This document shows, piece by piece, positions 18,708 through 28,505 of a stretch of 64,000 nt of DNA (within the stretch, counting starts at the first letter, position 1; each line of letters begins with the position of its first letter). Below the pieces are notes generated by a model. It had not been told where the DNA came from and did no database searches. It worked only from the letters and a program-made list of their open reading frames with translations. The position numbers and the translations under genes were made by a program. Origin of the DNA: Chlamydiota bacterium. Its GTDB lineage: Bacteria; Chlamydiota; Chlamydiia; Chlamydiales; JACKPQ01. The DNA is taken from NCBI GenBank assembly GCA_021772435.1, contig JAJFLZ010000048.1, positions 15,449 to 79,448 on the forward strand, in the 5' to 3' direction.

Positions 18708-19950
18708 CGAGATCCAAAGAAATATCAGCTTTGGCTGCTATCTCATTCGGGTCTGTTTTTAATAATTTTCGCGGAGTATCAAATTCTGCAGAAATTAAGC
18801 TATCAACAGCTAGTTTGCTGATGTTCCCGCTTGCGACAAGAGGCTGGTCGAGCTCTGGATTCTCAGCCAAGGCCATTTGCTGTCTTTCAATGCGAGATGC
18901 TTTTTGATACTCAGACATTTTTTGAACTTCTAGCTCTTTTTCAAGCAGGTTGCCAATCAGGCGTGTGTTCATGCCTTTTTTTCCAAGAACGGTTGGGTAA
19001 TCTTCGTCGCTAACGACAATAGAGATGACGCCTTCGTCTTCATCGACGTGAATTTTTTTTATCTCCACAGGGTCGATTGCACGCTGCAAAAGGGCAACGG
19101 GATCTTCGATGTAGGGAATGATATCAATTTTTTCATTGCCTAGCTCGCGGATGATGTTTTTGACACGCGTTCCACGTACTCCGACGCAGCTGCCGACGGG
19201 GTCAACTTTAATGCTGTTAGAGCTAACGGCCATTTTTGTGCGGTAGCCAGCTTCTCTAACGATTTTGTTGATCTCGATTGTTCCATCGCCAAGCTCTGGG
19301 ACTTCTTGGATAAATAATTCTTTAACAAATTCAGGGTGAGAGCGTGTTAATACGACCTCAGCGCCACCGATATCTGTATCCCTCACTTCTAACATTAAGG
19401 CTGTAACGCGTTCACCGACGTGGTGCTTTTCCGTTTTAGGGTAAAAACGGCCAGGTAAAATCGCTTCAACTTTACCGAGATCGATGACAAGCGTTGCACC
19501 CTTACCAATGCGCTTAATACCACCAGAGACGATATCGCCCACTCTGTGGCGATATTCTTCGTAAATGACATCTCGCTCAGCTGAGCGCAGGCGTTGAGTG
19601 ATGACTTGACGAGCGACCCCTGCTGCGACTCTTCCAAAGTCAGAAGGTGTGATGACAATCTGCAGAACTTGACCCACTTCGACATCGGGATTTAGCTCTT
19701 TGGCGTCTGCAAGAGAAATCTGTTCATCAGCGTTATCTGTTTCGCCGTCGATAACTTCTTTTTCAGACAGCACTTCAATATCGCCATTTTTAGGATCGAT
19801 TGTAACGGAGATGTTGGCTCCTGCATCGCTAACGCTTTTACGCGCAGCGATTAAAAGGGCTTCTTCGATGGCTTTGGCTACAAGCTCTCGTTTGATTCCT
19901 TTCTCACGTTCTAGATATTCGAAAATGGCAACTAAATCTTTGCTATCCAT
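18652..19950 (-). CDS. nusA: transcription termination/antitermination factor NusA
   Basis: 432 aa with S1 and KH domain architecture. It occupies the conserved position between rpsA and infB. Confidence 0.95.
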
Positions 19951-21677
19951 CAGGCGTCTTCTTCTTTCTTTTTGTTTTTAGTGTTTTTTCCAACAACGAT
20001 ATCATCTTCTGCTGCTTGAGAAGCTGCTGTTCCGCTGCGGACTGAAAGGGAAATTTTCTTGTGCTCCGGATCAACCTCGATCACTTTTGCATCGACAGTA
20101 TCGCCAACAGCGATCACATCTTCGACCTTGTTGAACGGTTTGTCTGATAGCTCCGTGACGTGAATTAAACCTTCCATGCCGTTTTCAAGTTCAACAAAAG
20201 CTCCAAAGGCTGTTGTTTTTGTTACAACGGCCTTCACTTGCGTGCCAATAGCAAAGATGGATTCGATGTTTTCCCAAGGATTGTCATCCATTTGTTTAAC
20301 ACCTAGAGTGATCTTTTTGCTTTCTTGGTCTACAGATAAGACAACAGCTTCGACAGTGTCGCCCTTGTTAAAGACCTCTGAAGGGTGTGAAACTTTCTTA
20401 GTCCAGCTAATGTCAGAGATGTGAACGAGGCCATCGATACCAGGCTCTAGTTCAACAAATGCTCCGTAATTAGTTAAACTGCGCACTTCTGCTTTGACAA
20501 CGTGCCCAATGGGGTATTTGTTATCGACATCTTCCCATGGGTTTTTTTCCATTTGTTTGATGCCGAGGGAAATTTTCCCTTCTTCTTTTTGTATGGAAAG
20601 AACGATCGCTTCCACTTCGTCGCCTTTTTGCACGACTTCGCTTGGATCAGTGACATTTTTCACCCACGACATTTCTGAAACGTGAATGAGGCCTTCGATA
20701 CCGTCTTCAATTTCGATGAATGCACCGTAAGGCACTAGGCTGACAATTTTTCCTTTAACATGTGTGCCGGTAGGGAACCTGCTTTCGATCTCTTCCCATG
20801 GATTGTTCTCTTTTTGCTTAAGACCAAGCGCAACGCGACCTTTTTCTTTGTCGACGTGGAGGATCATCACCTCGAGCTCATCGCCGATTGATACCATTTC
20901 AGATGGATGCTTGATGCGTTTCCATGTCATATCGGTAATATGAAGAAGACCATCGATACCATCTAGATCTAGGAACACGCCAAAATCAGTGACGTTTTTG
21001 ACAGCGCCGATACGTAAATCGCCTTCTTGAATTGTTTCTAGAAGTTCAGCTTTTTTGCTGATGCGCTCTTTTTCGAGCAGCTCGCGTCTTGAAACGACGA
21101 TGTTTTTACGTTCTTCGTTGATTTTTAGGATGACGAAATCGTATTCGTGGTCTACAAATTCATCGATGTTTTTGATGCGTTTGTTGTCGATTTGCGAGCC
21201 TGGCAAGAATGCTTCCATGCCGATATCGACCATCAGGCCGCCTTTAACCTTGCGAGTAACTCTGCCGCGAACGATCGAGCCTTCTTTGCAATGCGTTAAG
21301 ATGTATTCCCACTGGCGCAGACGACGTGCTTTTTCTCTCGATAGCACGATTTGGCCGTCGTTACCTTCAGCTTCATCCAAATAAACTTCAACTTTTTCAC
21401 CAAGAACGATTTCTGCCGGATCGAATTCTGCTGCCGGAATGAGTCCTTCGGACTTTAGACCAACGTCGACAACGACAAAGTCTTTGGTGACTTCGACGAT
21501 TTCGCCGGTAAAAATTTCGCCTGGGGTCATCATCGCAGCGCCCTCGCCAGCCTCATCGGCTTTGGATGGTTCACCCATTAGTTTACGGAACAGCTCAGCA
21601 TCTTTTTCGTCGAATTCGACGTCGTCGATAACTTTGCTCTCGTTCCAGTTGTAAGTTGTTGTTTGGTTGTTTGACAT
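19950..21677 (-). CDS. rpsA: 30S ribosomal protein S1
   Basis: 575 aa with six repeated S1 domains (recurrent G.V...T.FGAFV.L..G..GL.H.S patterns). Confidence 0.95.
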   Translation of the reverse strand: MSNNQTTTYNWNESKVIDDVEFDEKDAELFRKLMGEPSKADEAGEGAAMMTPGEIFTGEIVEVTKDFVVVDVGLKSEGLIPAAEFDPAEIVLGEKVEVYLDEAEGNDGQIVLSREKARRLRQWEYILTHCKEGSIVRGRVTRKVKGGLMVDIGMEAFLPGSQIDNKRIKNIDEFVDHEYDFVILKINEERKNIVVSRRELLEKERISKKAELLETIQEGDLRIGAVKNVTDFGVFLDLDGIDGLLHITDMTWKRIKHPSEMVSIGDELEVMILHVDKEKGRVALGLKQKENNPWEEIESRFPTGTHVKGKIVSLVPYGAFIEIEDGIEGLIHVSEMSWVKNVTDPSEVVQKGDEVEAIVLSIQKEEGKISLGIKQMEKNPWEDVDNKYPIGHVVKAEVRSLTNYGAFVELEPGIDGLVHISDISWTKKVSHPSEVFNKGDTVEAVVLSVDQESKKITLGVKQMDDNPWENIESIFAIGTQVKAVVTKTTAFGAFVELENGMEGLIHVTELSDKPFNKVEDVIAVGDTVDAKVIEVDPEHKKISLSVRSGTAASQAAEDDIVVGKNTKNKKKEEDA

Positions 21678-21779
21678 GGTTTACCTTAAAAAAATTTACT
21701 AATTCACAAGCGTCTAGAATAACAGACGTCCACGATATTAGCAAGTGTGTTGGGAAGAAGTGTGTGTAATTTTTTTTAT

Positions 21780-21948
21780 GGGGCCTAATCTTCGGGCGCA
21801 TTTCGGATCCTTGCTCGGGGCCCTACCCCAGGGGGTATGTTGCCCCTCGCTACGGACGAGCCGCTGGCTCGCCCTTGCGCGGCTTCGCCGCACCCATGGG
21901 GCAGTTAGCCCCATGGGGTCCAAACTGCATCCCGAATCTAGAGGCCCT
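21780..21948. other. GC-rich multi-hairpin element (candidate structured ncRNA or palindromic mobile element)
   Basis: The ends are imperfectly reverse-complementary: GGGGCCTAATCTTCGGGCGCATTTCGGATCC versus GGTCCAAACTGCATCCCGAATCTAGAGGCCC. Internal stems are AGGGG/CCCCT, GCGGC-TTC-GCCGC and CCCATGGGGC-AGTTA-GCCCCATGGG. The element is markedly more GC-rich than its flanks. Confidence 0.6.
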
Positions 21949-22041
21949 AGGGATCGTTATCAGTTTTTTAAAATTCTACATATCCACATGAAAAAGTTTT
22001 TTTGAGTGTTGGAAAAATAAGGGATGGAGGATGATGGAAGG

Positions 22042-22755
22042 ATGACAACTAAAGTTTTGAAATTTGGTGGGGCTGCCCTCAGGGACCTGGAACGAGTCGC
22101 TGATTTGGTGGTGAAGAATGAATGTGAGCGATTGGTTGTGGTGGTTAGTGCCATGGGCGATATGACCGATCATCTGATGGAACTGGCGAAAAAGGTGCAT
22201 CCCAATCCACCGAAACGAGAGCAGGATATGCTGCTGTCTGTGGGGGAGAGGATCAGCATGGCACTGCTAGCTATGGCGCTTGAGAAGAGGGGGGTAAAGG
22301 CGCTCAGTTTGACTGGAAGCCAGTCGGGAGTGATGACCTGTACAGGGCATGGCGAGGCCGAGATTGTCGAGGTGAGGACAAAGAGGGTTGAGCGGCATCT
22401 GAGCGAGGGCAATGTGGTGATTGTCGCAGGATTTCAAGGCGTGAGTTTGGAGGGTGAGATTACCACATTGGGTCGGGGCGGTAGCGATACGACGGCTGTG
22501 GCTCTGGGCGCTGCACTTGGAGCTGAGGTCGTGATTTTTTACAAAGACGTTGCAGGGATTTATTCTGAGGATCCCAAGAAGAATGCGGGGGCGATTTTGC
22601 GTAAGCTCTTGAATTATGCACAAGCTACGGAGCTTTGCGAGGCAGGTGGTGTTATTCATCCAAGAGCTGTGCGCTTGGCAGAAAAGACCAACCTCAAACT
22701 AGCCATTTCTTCTTACTCAAAAAACTGTGTCGGAACAATCATTGCGCGATCTTGA
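22042..22755 (+). CDS. lysC: aspartate kinase catalytic (AAK) domain protein lacking ACT regulatory domains
   Basis: VLKFGGAAL, VVVVSAMGDMTD, LLSVGERISMALLA, LGRGGSDTTAVALGAAL and HPRAV motifs. It is only ~237 aa from the ATG at 22042. Confidence 0.8.
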   Translation: MTTKVLKFGGAALRDLERVADLVVKNECERLVVVVSAMGDMTDHLMELAKKVHPNPPKREQDMLLSVGERISMALLAMALEKRGVKALSLTGSQSGVMTCTGHGEAEIVEVRTKRVERHLSEGNVVIVAGFQGVSLEGEITTLGRGGSDTTAVALGAALGAEVVIFYKDVAGIYSEDPKKNAGAILRKLLNYAQATELCEAGGVIHPRAVRLAEKTNLKLAISSYSKNCVGTIIARS

Positions 22756-22810
22756 CATTTAAAATTTAACTATTTATATCTTGCTCTTTCAATTTTTGAA
22801 AGAGGTGAAA

Positions 22811-23770
22811 ATGGCAATATTAACTCCACAAGTGAAACAACATATTACTCATGAAGTTAATGTAGAGTCACAACGTCAATTAACAATAAATGGTCTAAAA
22901 TGTCTATTAGAGCAAAGGCGGGATGGCTCAACTTTTCAGCCTTGTGATTTTAGAGACTCTATGGCTTGGAAACGTCAGCCAACAGAATCAACGTTTTACG
23001 AACTTCCTGAAATGAAGCTTGTTGAAGAGTTGTTTTCGCAATTTTGTGAGAAGATAGAAGTAGATCCAGGGATAGATACTTCTACCATACCCGAAAATTG
23101 CTCTATTCCGCCTAAAATTCATGCTATTTGGCTTGGCTCTCCGATTGGTGAATCAGAAAAATTATGCGTGGATTCTTGGAAGAAATATCATCCTGGTTGG
23201 GAAATTAAAATTTGGACGGATAAAGATGTGAAAAACTTTCCATGGTCTTGTAAAAGATCTAAACAGATTTTTGAAAATGCTGAGACTCTGGCTGAAAAAG
23301 CAGATATCTTACGCTATGAGATTCTTCTTGAAGGGGGTATTTATACTGATACTGATGTCGTATGCACGGGAGCTTTTCATCAACTTGTTTCAAACGGGCT
23401 TTCATTTTTTGGTGGATTTGAAATGAACTATACCACGGACAATCATCCTAGTCCTGTTTACATTGGCTCAGCGATTATGGGAGCAGAAAAGAATAGTTCT
23501 GTCATGAAATACGCTATTAAAAATTTTCAAACTTCTTCAGAATCAAGTGTTAGTCTGCCGATGCGTGGTGGTCCGGGATTAATTGGTCAGGCTTGCCAAG
23601 ATGAGCTTCAATCAAAAGATGATCCGGCTATTTTGCTTTTACCGTGCACCTATTTTTATGCTTACGCCTATCATCGTTCGAAAGAAACCAAAGAGGTAAA
23701 AGTGATTCAAGAACATCAATCTCCAGAATCTTTGGCAATACATCTTTGGAAAGCTTCATGGATGAAATAG
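22811..23770 (+). CDS. GT32-family glycosyltransferase with DXD motif
   Basis: IPPKIHAIWLG...ADILRYEILLEGGIYTDTDV is the classic Gly_transf_sug/DXD signature. The ATG at 22811 follows GAGGTG. Confidence 0.8.
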   Translation: MAILTPQVKQHITHEVNVESQRQLTINGLKCLLEQRRDGSTFQPCDFRDSMAWKRQPTESTFYELPEMKLVEELFSQFCEKIEVDPGIDTSTIPENCSIPPKIHAIWLGSPIGESEKLCVDSWKKYHPGWEIKIWTDKDVKNFPWSCKRSKQIFENAETLAEKADILRYEILLEGGIYTDTDVVCTGAFHQLVSNGLSFFGGFEMNYTTDNHPSPVYIGSAIMGAEKNSSVMKYAIKNFQTSSESSVSLPMRGGPGLIGQACQDELQSKDDPAILLLPCTYFYAYAYHRSKETKEVKVIQEHQSPESLAIHLWKASWMK

Positions 23771-23801
23771 TTGTGTAAATATTGTCGCTAAATAGCGGTT
23801 A

Positions 23802-25250
23802 GTGTTAAGACCGGTTGTTATGGGTGTTTTATCTTTGAATGGCTCCGAGCAGGAGCATCTGCTGCCACTAGCTAGAATCTTGGAACGGGTAAAGCCTGAT
23901 GAAAGGCCTCAGATGCGAATAGAGGTCAATGGGCTGAAGGCGTCGGTCTTTTTTGTGTGCCCAAAGACGCGGGGCGCAGGCAAATTTATCTACGATATGA
24001 TCAGCAGATGGCTCATTCCTGGAAAAACGATTTCGATTGCGCTTTTTTTTGTATCGGATCTTGAGTGGAAAGGAGAGTGGACGGCAGGAGAGGTGGCGTT
24101 TGTCTTGAAGGATTTGAAAGAGGTGTCAGATGCAAAACGCGGTTTTAAGTTTATGCAAAAAGAGCTGGAAATGGGGCTTTTATCGCCGTTTTTTGCAGAA
24201 AGAGTGATGGAACTGAAGGGCCTTTCCGGCAGAGAAAAGTTAGCTAAGGTCCAGGAGAAGCTGGGAGTCTTATGTGAGAGGTTTGGACTGGACAAATCGG
24301 TGCTTTTGACATTGCAACAATTTGCATCAAAGTGCTCCCCCTTATTTATTCAGGAAAGAAGTGTTGCCTATTTGACAAGGCTTGTGTTGCATTTGGATGC
24401 CCAGCGTGATAAGTGCATGCCTGTTAAGATTGATTCGCCTTTGGGGATGAGATGTGGTTTGGGACTTGTCATTGATCGAAGGTTTTGTTTGGAAAATCAG
24501 ATGTTTGAAAGGTCAGAGGCATTTAAATTTGTTAAAGCTGTGTTTCCAAAAGCACAAGTGGTTGAGTGTAGTTATGAGGAGTTGGACGGCTGCGTGTATT
24601 TGGAAGTGACTAAAAAAAGCGGGGATGCATTTTCTCTGCAGGAGATTGAGAAGTTAAAGAAGAATTGGACGCCACAAGAGTTTGCAAAAAAATTCACTTA
24701 TCCTGTGTTTATGCCGCGCAATGAAGAAGAAGTGATGCGAGGTTTAATGGCGCTTTGCCAGGAGCTGCGGTTTGTTAAAGATTTGCCTCAAGTGACAATC
24801 ACGTTTGATCGGCAGTTGGATAAGTCATTGCGGTTCACTGTGTTGCTTGTAAGACTTGGAACAGAGCCCGATTTGGTAGATTTGATCGGTCCAGAGTTTG
24901 TGGTTGAAAGAGTGCGTAAAATGGGAGTACTCCGCAGTCGGTACGAGAAGCAAGCGCATGTCATTTGTGTTGAAATAGAAAGTGATGGATTTTTGCGCGC
25001 TGACGATACGATTGATACATTGCAGGCAAGACAGAGGATTTGTGAGATGTTGAAAGAAAAGATTGGCGCATTTCGCGATTTTAACGGTGGCATCATTGCC
25101 AGAGAGCTAGAAAATTTTGAGGCATTAAAATCGCTATGCAAAAATGCATCGACACATAAGCTTCAAGAGTTTTTTTACGCGCTCAAGCCTATGCACCTGC
25201 GTAGCGTCCTTCCACCAGAAGAGCTTAAAGCCCTTTACTTGAAAAGGTAA
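23802..25250 (+). CDS. hypothetical protein
   Basis: 482-aa ORF with normal composition and no motif I recognise. It lies upstream of rpe. Confidence 0.6.
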   Translation: MLRPVVMGVLSLNGSEQEHLLPLARILERVKPDERPQMRIEVNGLKASVFFVCPKTRGAGKFIYDMISRWLIPGKTISIALFFVSDLEWKGEWTAGEVAFVLKDLKEVSDAKRGFKFMQKELEMGLLSPFFAERVMELKGLSGREKLAKVQEKLGVLCERFGLDKSVLLTLQQFASKCSPLFIQERSVAYLTRLVLHLDAQRDKCMPVKIDSPLGMRCGLGLVIDRRFCLENQMFERSEAFKFVKAVFPKAQVVECSYEELDGCVYLEVTKKSGDAFSLQEIEKLKKNWTPQEFAKKFTYPVFMPRNEEEVMRGLMALCQELRFVKDLPQVTITFDRQLDKSLRFTVLLVRLGTEPDLVDLIGPEFVVERVRKMGVLRSRYEKQAHVICVEIESDGFLRADDTIDTLQARQRICEMLKEKIGAFRDFNGGIIARELENFEALKSLCKNASTHKLQEFFYALKPMHLRSVLPPEELKALYLKR

Positions 25251-25270
25251 GACAAGGTAATCTGAGGGGC

Positions 25271-25915
25271 GTGATAAAGGTTGAACCATCTATATTTGCA
25301 GCTGACTTCACCAAGCTTGGGGAAGAAGCTAAACGGTGCGCCGATGCTGGTGCCGATGCTATCCATTTTGACATCATGGACGGGCATTTTGTGCGCAATT
25401 TGAGCTTAAGCCCAAAAGCTCTAGCTGCGATTAACCGCTCGACCGATTTGTTCTTGGATGTTCATATCATGGTCTACAATCCGTTCGAATACATCGAAAA
25501 ACTTGTCGAATGCGGCGCTGATCAAATCACTTTTCATTTGGAAGCGACCGAAAACATTCCCGAAACATTCGAATTTATTCGCAAATGTGGAGTCAAGGTA
25601 GGCTTAGCCTTATGCCCTGAAACATCTTACAGCTTGATCCCAAAATATTTAGACAAAATCGATACGCTTCTTCTGATGACTGTAAATCCCGGCTGGGGCG
25701 GCCAAGCGTTTATTACAGATGTGCTAGACAAAATCCGCTTTGCAAGAAAAACGATAGACGATTTGGATTTGAAAGGGATCGATATTCAGGTTGATGGTGG
25801 CATCGATGATAAAACAGCCAAACTATGCGTGGAAGCAGGAGCAAATAATCTAGTTGCTGGAACGTACTTGTTCAAAGGCGATATGAAAGCCAAAATTCAG
25901 GAGCTGCGCTTGTGA
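25271..25915 (+). CDS. rpe: ribulose-phosphate 3-epimerase
   Basis: IHFDIMDGHFV, LDVHIMV, MTVNPGWGGQAF and VDGGI motifs. GTG start. Confidence 0.95.
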   Translation: MIKVEPSIFAADFTKLGEEAKRCADAGADAIHFDIMDGHFVRNLSLSPKALAAINRSTDLFLDVHIMVYNPFEYIEKLVECGADQITFHLEATENIPETFEFIRKCGVKVGLALCPETSYSLIPKYLDKIDTLLLMTVNPGWGGQAFITDVLDKIRFARKTIDDLDLKGIDIQVDGGIDDKTAKLCVEAGANNLVAGTYLFKGDMKAKIQELRL

Positions 25916-26874
25916 AAAAGATCGTTGTCATTGGTGGAGGAACAGGGAATTTTACGGTTTTGCGAGGGCTTAAAAACTACGATGTGGATTTAAGCGCCAT
26001 TGTGTCGATGGCCGATGATGGAGGAAGCACGGGAATTTTACGCGATGAGCTCGGCGTATTACCGCCAGGTGATGTGCGTCAGTGTTTAACAGCGCTCTCA
26101 AACTCTTCAAGACTCATGCGCAGTTTGATGAACTATCGTTTTGAAAATGGCGGTTTGGGTGGACACAGCTTTGGCAATTTGCTTTTATCCACGCTTGAAA
26201 AAGTGACGGGAAGTTTTGAAAAAGCTGTCGAAGAAGTGGGCAAAATTTTGTATATCAAGGGTAAAGTCATTCCGGTGACAACGCACCACGTTCATCTAAA
26301 AATGATCCTGAAAGACCGCACGGTATTAGAAGGGGAAAAAGAAGTTTATCTCTCGCAAAAAATCGACCAAGGTTACAAAAGCATCTTTCTAGAGCCCTAT
26401 CCCAAAGCCAATCCCAGAGCCTTAGATGAGATTCACAACGCTGATTTGATCGTGTTAGGCCCTGGTGGTTTGCACACATCGTTAATTCCCAACTTGCTTG
26501 TCGAAGGAGTCAGAGATGCGCTTGTTGAAACGCAAGCAAAAAAAGTCTTCGTTGTCAACTTGATGAATCGAAAAGGACAAACCACGGGATACAAAGTTGG
26601 CGACTACATCAAAGAGATTAGCAAGTTTCTTGGCAAAGACATTTTCGATTATATTTTAGTCAATGATGAGAACCCACCAGAGCAATTGATTGAAAATTAC
26701 GCGGAAGAAGGGGATTTGGTCGAAAACGATGTTCATGATGAGCGAATCAGAGCTACAGCACTACTTGGAGCTTTGCAAGAGATGTCAAAGGGAGATCGAA
26801 TCAAACGCAGTTTGATTCGTCACGACTCAAAAAAGCTAGCTGAGGAGCTGATGAAAATTGTACATCATCTTTGA
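25912..26874 (+). CDS. yvcK: YvcK/CofD-family gluconeogenesis factor (UPF0052)
   Basis: VVIGGGTGNFTVLRGLK...IVSMADDGGSTGILRDELGVLPPGDVRQC. Confidence 0.85.
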   Translation: MKKIVVIGGGTGNFTVLRGLKNYDVDLSAIVSMADDGGSTGILRDELGVLPPGDVRQCLTALSNSSRLMRSLMNYRFENGGLGGHSFGNLLLSTLEKVTGSFEKAVEEVGKILYIKGKVIPVTTHHVHLKMILKDRTVLEGEKEVYLSQKIDQGYKSIFLEPYPKANPRALDEIHNADLIVLGPGGLHTSLIPNLLVEGVRDALVETQAKKVFVVNLMNRKGQTTGYKVGDYIKEISKFLGKDIFDYILVNDENPPEQLIENYAEEGDLVENDVHDERIRATALLGALQEMSKGDRIKRSLIRHDSKKLAEELMKIVHHL

Positions 26875-27496
26875 TCTAGACGATACACTGATCGACACAA
26901 GTGGATCGATTACACCAAAGGCTCTAGAGTGGGCACTATCAAAGCTGCCAAAGCAGCTTCCACTTGATGAACTTTTAGAAATAAACGATGTGGCCAACAG
27001 TAGTGGAGAAGCACTAGAGACATTTTTATCTAAACACGGCGCTTTAGAGCATGTAGAAAGTGCTAAAAATGCCCTCGATCACTATCCAATCAAAAGCGTA
27101 CAAACCGTTCCAGATGCTCTTGAAATTATCGAGGAGCTGGCAAGAGAGCACACACTTGCCTTAGTGACAGCTGGAAGACGCCTTCAACAGCTTTTGAAGC
27201 TGGAAAAAGCGGGTCTTTCAAATAAATATTTTAATAGCATAGATGTGACGCATATGCGGGGTAAAAAAAATATTTACACGAGTCTTTTAAAAAAATGGGA
27301 TACTAAACCATCCAAAATATTAGTTGTCGGTGACCGCATTGCCACTGATCTTCAACCAGCTAGGGAACTGGGAATGAAAACCATCTACTTGAGATGGGGT
27401 CGGGGCCGAAAAATGACTGGTTTAAAAACCGATGTTGACTATACAATAGATACATTAAAACAATTAACAGCAATAGCCTATGACCACAAAATCTAA
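26858..27496 (+). CDS. HAD-superfamily hydrolase
   Basis: The DLDDTLID motif I is at the N-terminus, with VGDRIATDL as motif IV. Confidence 0.8.
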   Translation: MYIIFDLDDTLIDTSGSITPKALEWALSKLPKQLPLDELLEINDVANSSGEALETFLSKHGALEHVESAKNALDHYPIKSVQTVPDALEIIEELAREHTLALVTAGRRLQQLLKLEKAGLSNKYFNSIDVTHMRGKKNIYTSLLKKWDTKPSKILVVGDRIATDLQPARELGMKTIYLRWGRGRKMTGLKTDVDYTIDTLKQLTAIAYDHKI

Positions 27497-28064
27497 AGCG
27501 ACCAGCAACCAGATCGCGCCTGGGATGACCATCTCGATCAATAACAAGATATACCGAGTTGAGTCGAGTGTAAAAGTCACTGTAGCCAGGGGCACACCGT
27601 TTATCAAAACAAAACTGAAGAATTTGATGACTGATGAAGTTGTCGAAAAGAACTTCAAATTGGATCAAGAAATTGAAGAAGCGACTTTAATGCCGCGCAG
27701 ATTGGAATACTTGTATTTGGAAGGGAAAAACCACGTGTTTTTGGATGTGGATGACCTAAGCCGTGCATCAGTTCCTTCAGATGTGATTGGTGATAAAATT
27801 GATTATCTAAAAGAAGGTACTCAGATTAGGGCCATGCTATACGGAGAACTGATTTTTTCGATTGAACTACCGCAATTTTTAGAGCTCATGGTGATTAAAA
27901 CAGAGGATCTCGATGCGACGGGAATCGAGGCTAAAGCTATGTCTAATGCCATGAAAACAGGTCAATTAGAAACAGGCGCTAGAATCCAGGTTCCGACCTT
28001 TATCGAAGCTGGTGACATTATCAAAGTCGATACGCATAGTGGCGAATACATTCAACGCGTTTAG
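27480..28064 (+). CDS. efp: elongation factor P
   Basis: 194 aa, with the pattern ISINNKIYRVESSVKVTVARGTPFIKTKLKNL. It precedes accB/accC, as in Chlamydia. Confidence 0.9.
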   Translation: MTTKSKATSNQIAPGMTISINNKIYRVESSVKVTVARGTPFIKTKLKNLMTDEVVEKNFKLDQEIEEATLMPRRLEYLYLEGKNHVFLDVDDLSRASVPSDVIGDKIDYLKEGTQIRAMLYGELIFSIELPQFLELMVIKTEDLDATGIEAKAMSNAMKTGQLETGARIQVPTFIEAGDIIKVDTHSGEYIQRV

Positions 28065-28073
28065 GAGAAAAGA

Positions 28074-28505
28074 ATGGATTTAGATGAAATAAAAGATTTA
28101 ATGGCAGCCATGAACGATGCTGATATGTCTGAAGTTAGCATCAAGGAAAAAGGCTTTGAAATCGTTCTTAAGCGCGGTCTTGTTCACACAACAGCGCCTG
28201 CTGCACCTCATGTTACAGCTCCTGCACCTGCAGCGGCAACCGTAGACACACCGAAAATCTCAGAAAGCTCAGACTTATTCATCACATCACCGATGGTAGG
28301 AACGTTTTACGCAACTCCATCGCCAGGCGATCCTGCCTTTGTCAAAGTGGGAGATACCGTTGACGAAGATACAGTGGTTTGCATCGTCGAAGCAATGAAG
28401 GTTATGAATGAAGTTAAAGCAGGAGTCTCAGGACGCGTAGCTGAAATTCTTGTTGACAACTCCGATCCAGTTGAGTTCGGTACCAAACTTATTAGGATAG
28501 AATGA
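28074..28505 (+). CDS. accB: biotin carboxyl carrier protein AccB
   Basis: EAMKVMNEV biotinylation motif and an Ala/Pro linker. Confidence 0.95.
   Translation: MDLDEIKDLMAAMNDADMSEVSIKEKGFEIVLKRGLVHTTAPAAPHVTAPAPAAATVDTPKISESSDLFITSPMVGTFYATPSPGDPAFVKVGDTVDEDTVVCIVEAMKVMNEVKAGVSGRVAEILVDNSDPVEFGTKLIRIE

Noticed and set aside
21780-21948. Whether the GC-rich element could be tmRNA, RNase P RNA, SRP RNA or 6S RNA.
   Set aside because: The GGGGC start superficially resembles a tmRNA 5' end. However, the element is far too short, and it lacks a tRNA-like 3' end (T-arm/ACCA), the RNase P GAGGAAAGUCC core and the SRP GGAA/AGCA motif. No known class could be assigned by eye.
21738-22005. ORFs 21738..21923 (-) and 21745..22005 (+) in the rpsA-lysC spacer.
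   Set aside because: Both run through the GC-rich palindromic element, and a palindrome yields open frames on both strands. There is no RBS and the Arg/Pro/Gly-rich composition is odd. I treated this region as non-coding structure instead.
22784-22804. 9-bp-stem hairpin CTCTTTCAA-TTT-TTGAAAGAG between lysC and the GT32 gene, as a terminator.
   Set aside because: No T-tract follows, and the 3' arm overlaps the GAGGTG RBS of the next gene. Its function is ambiguous, so I did not list it as a terminator.
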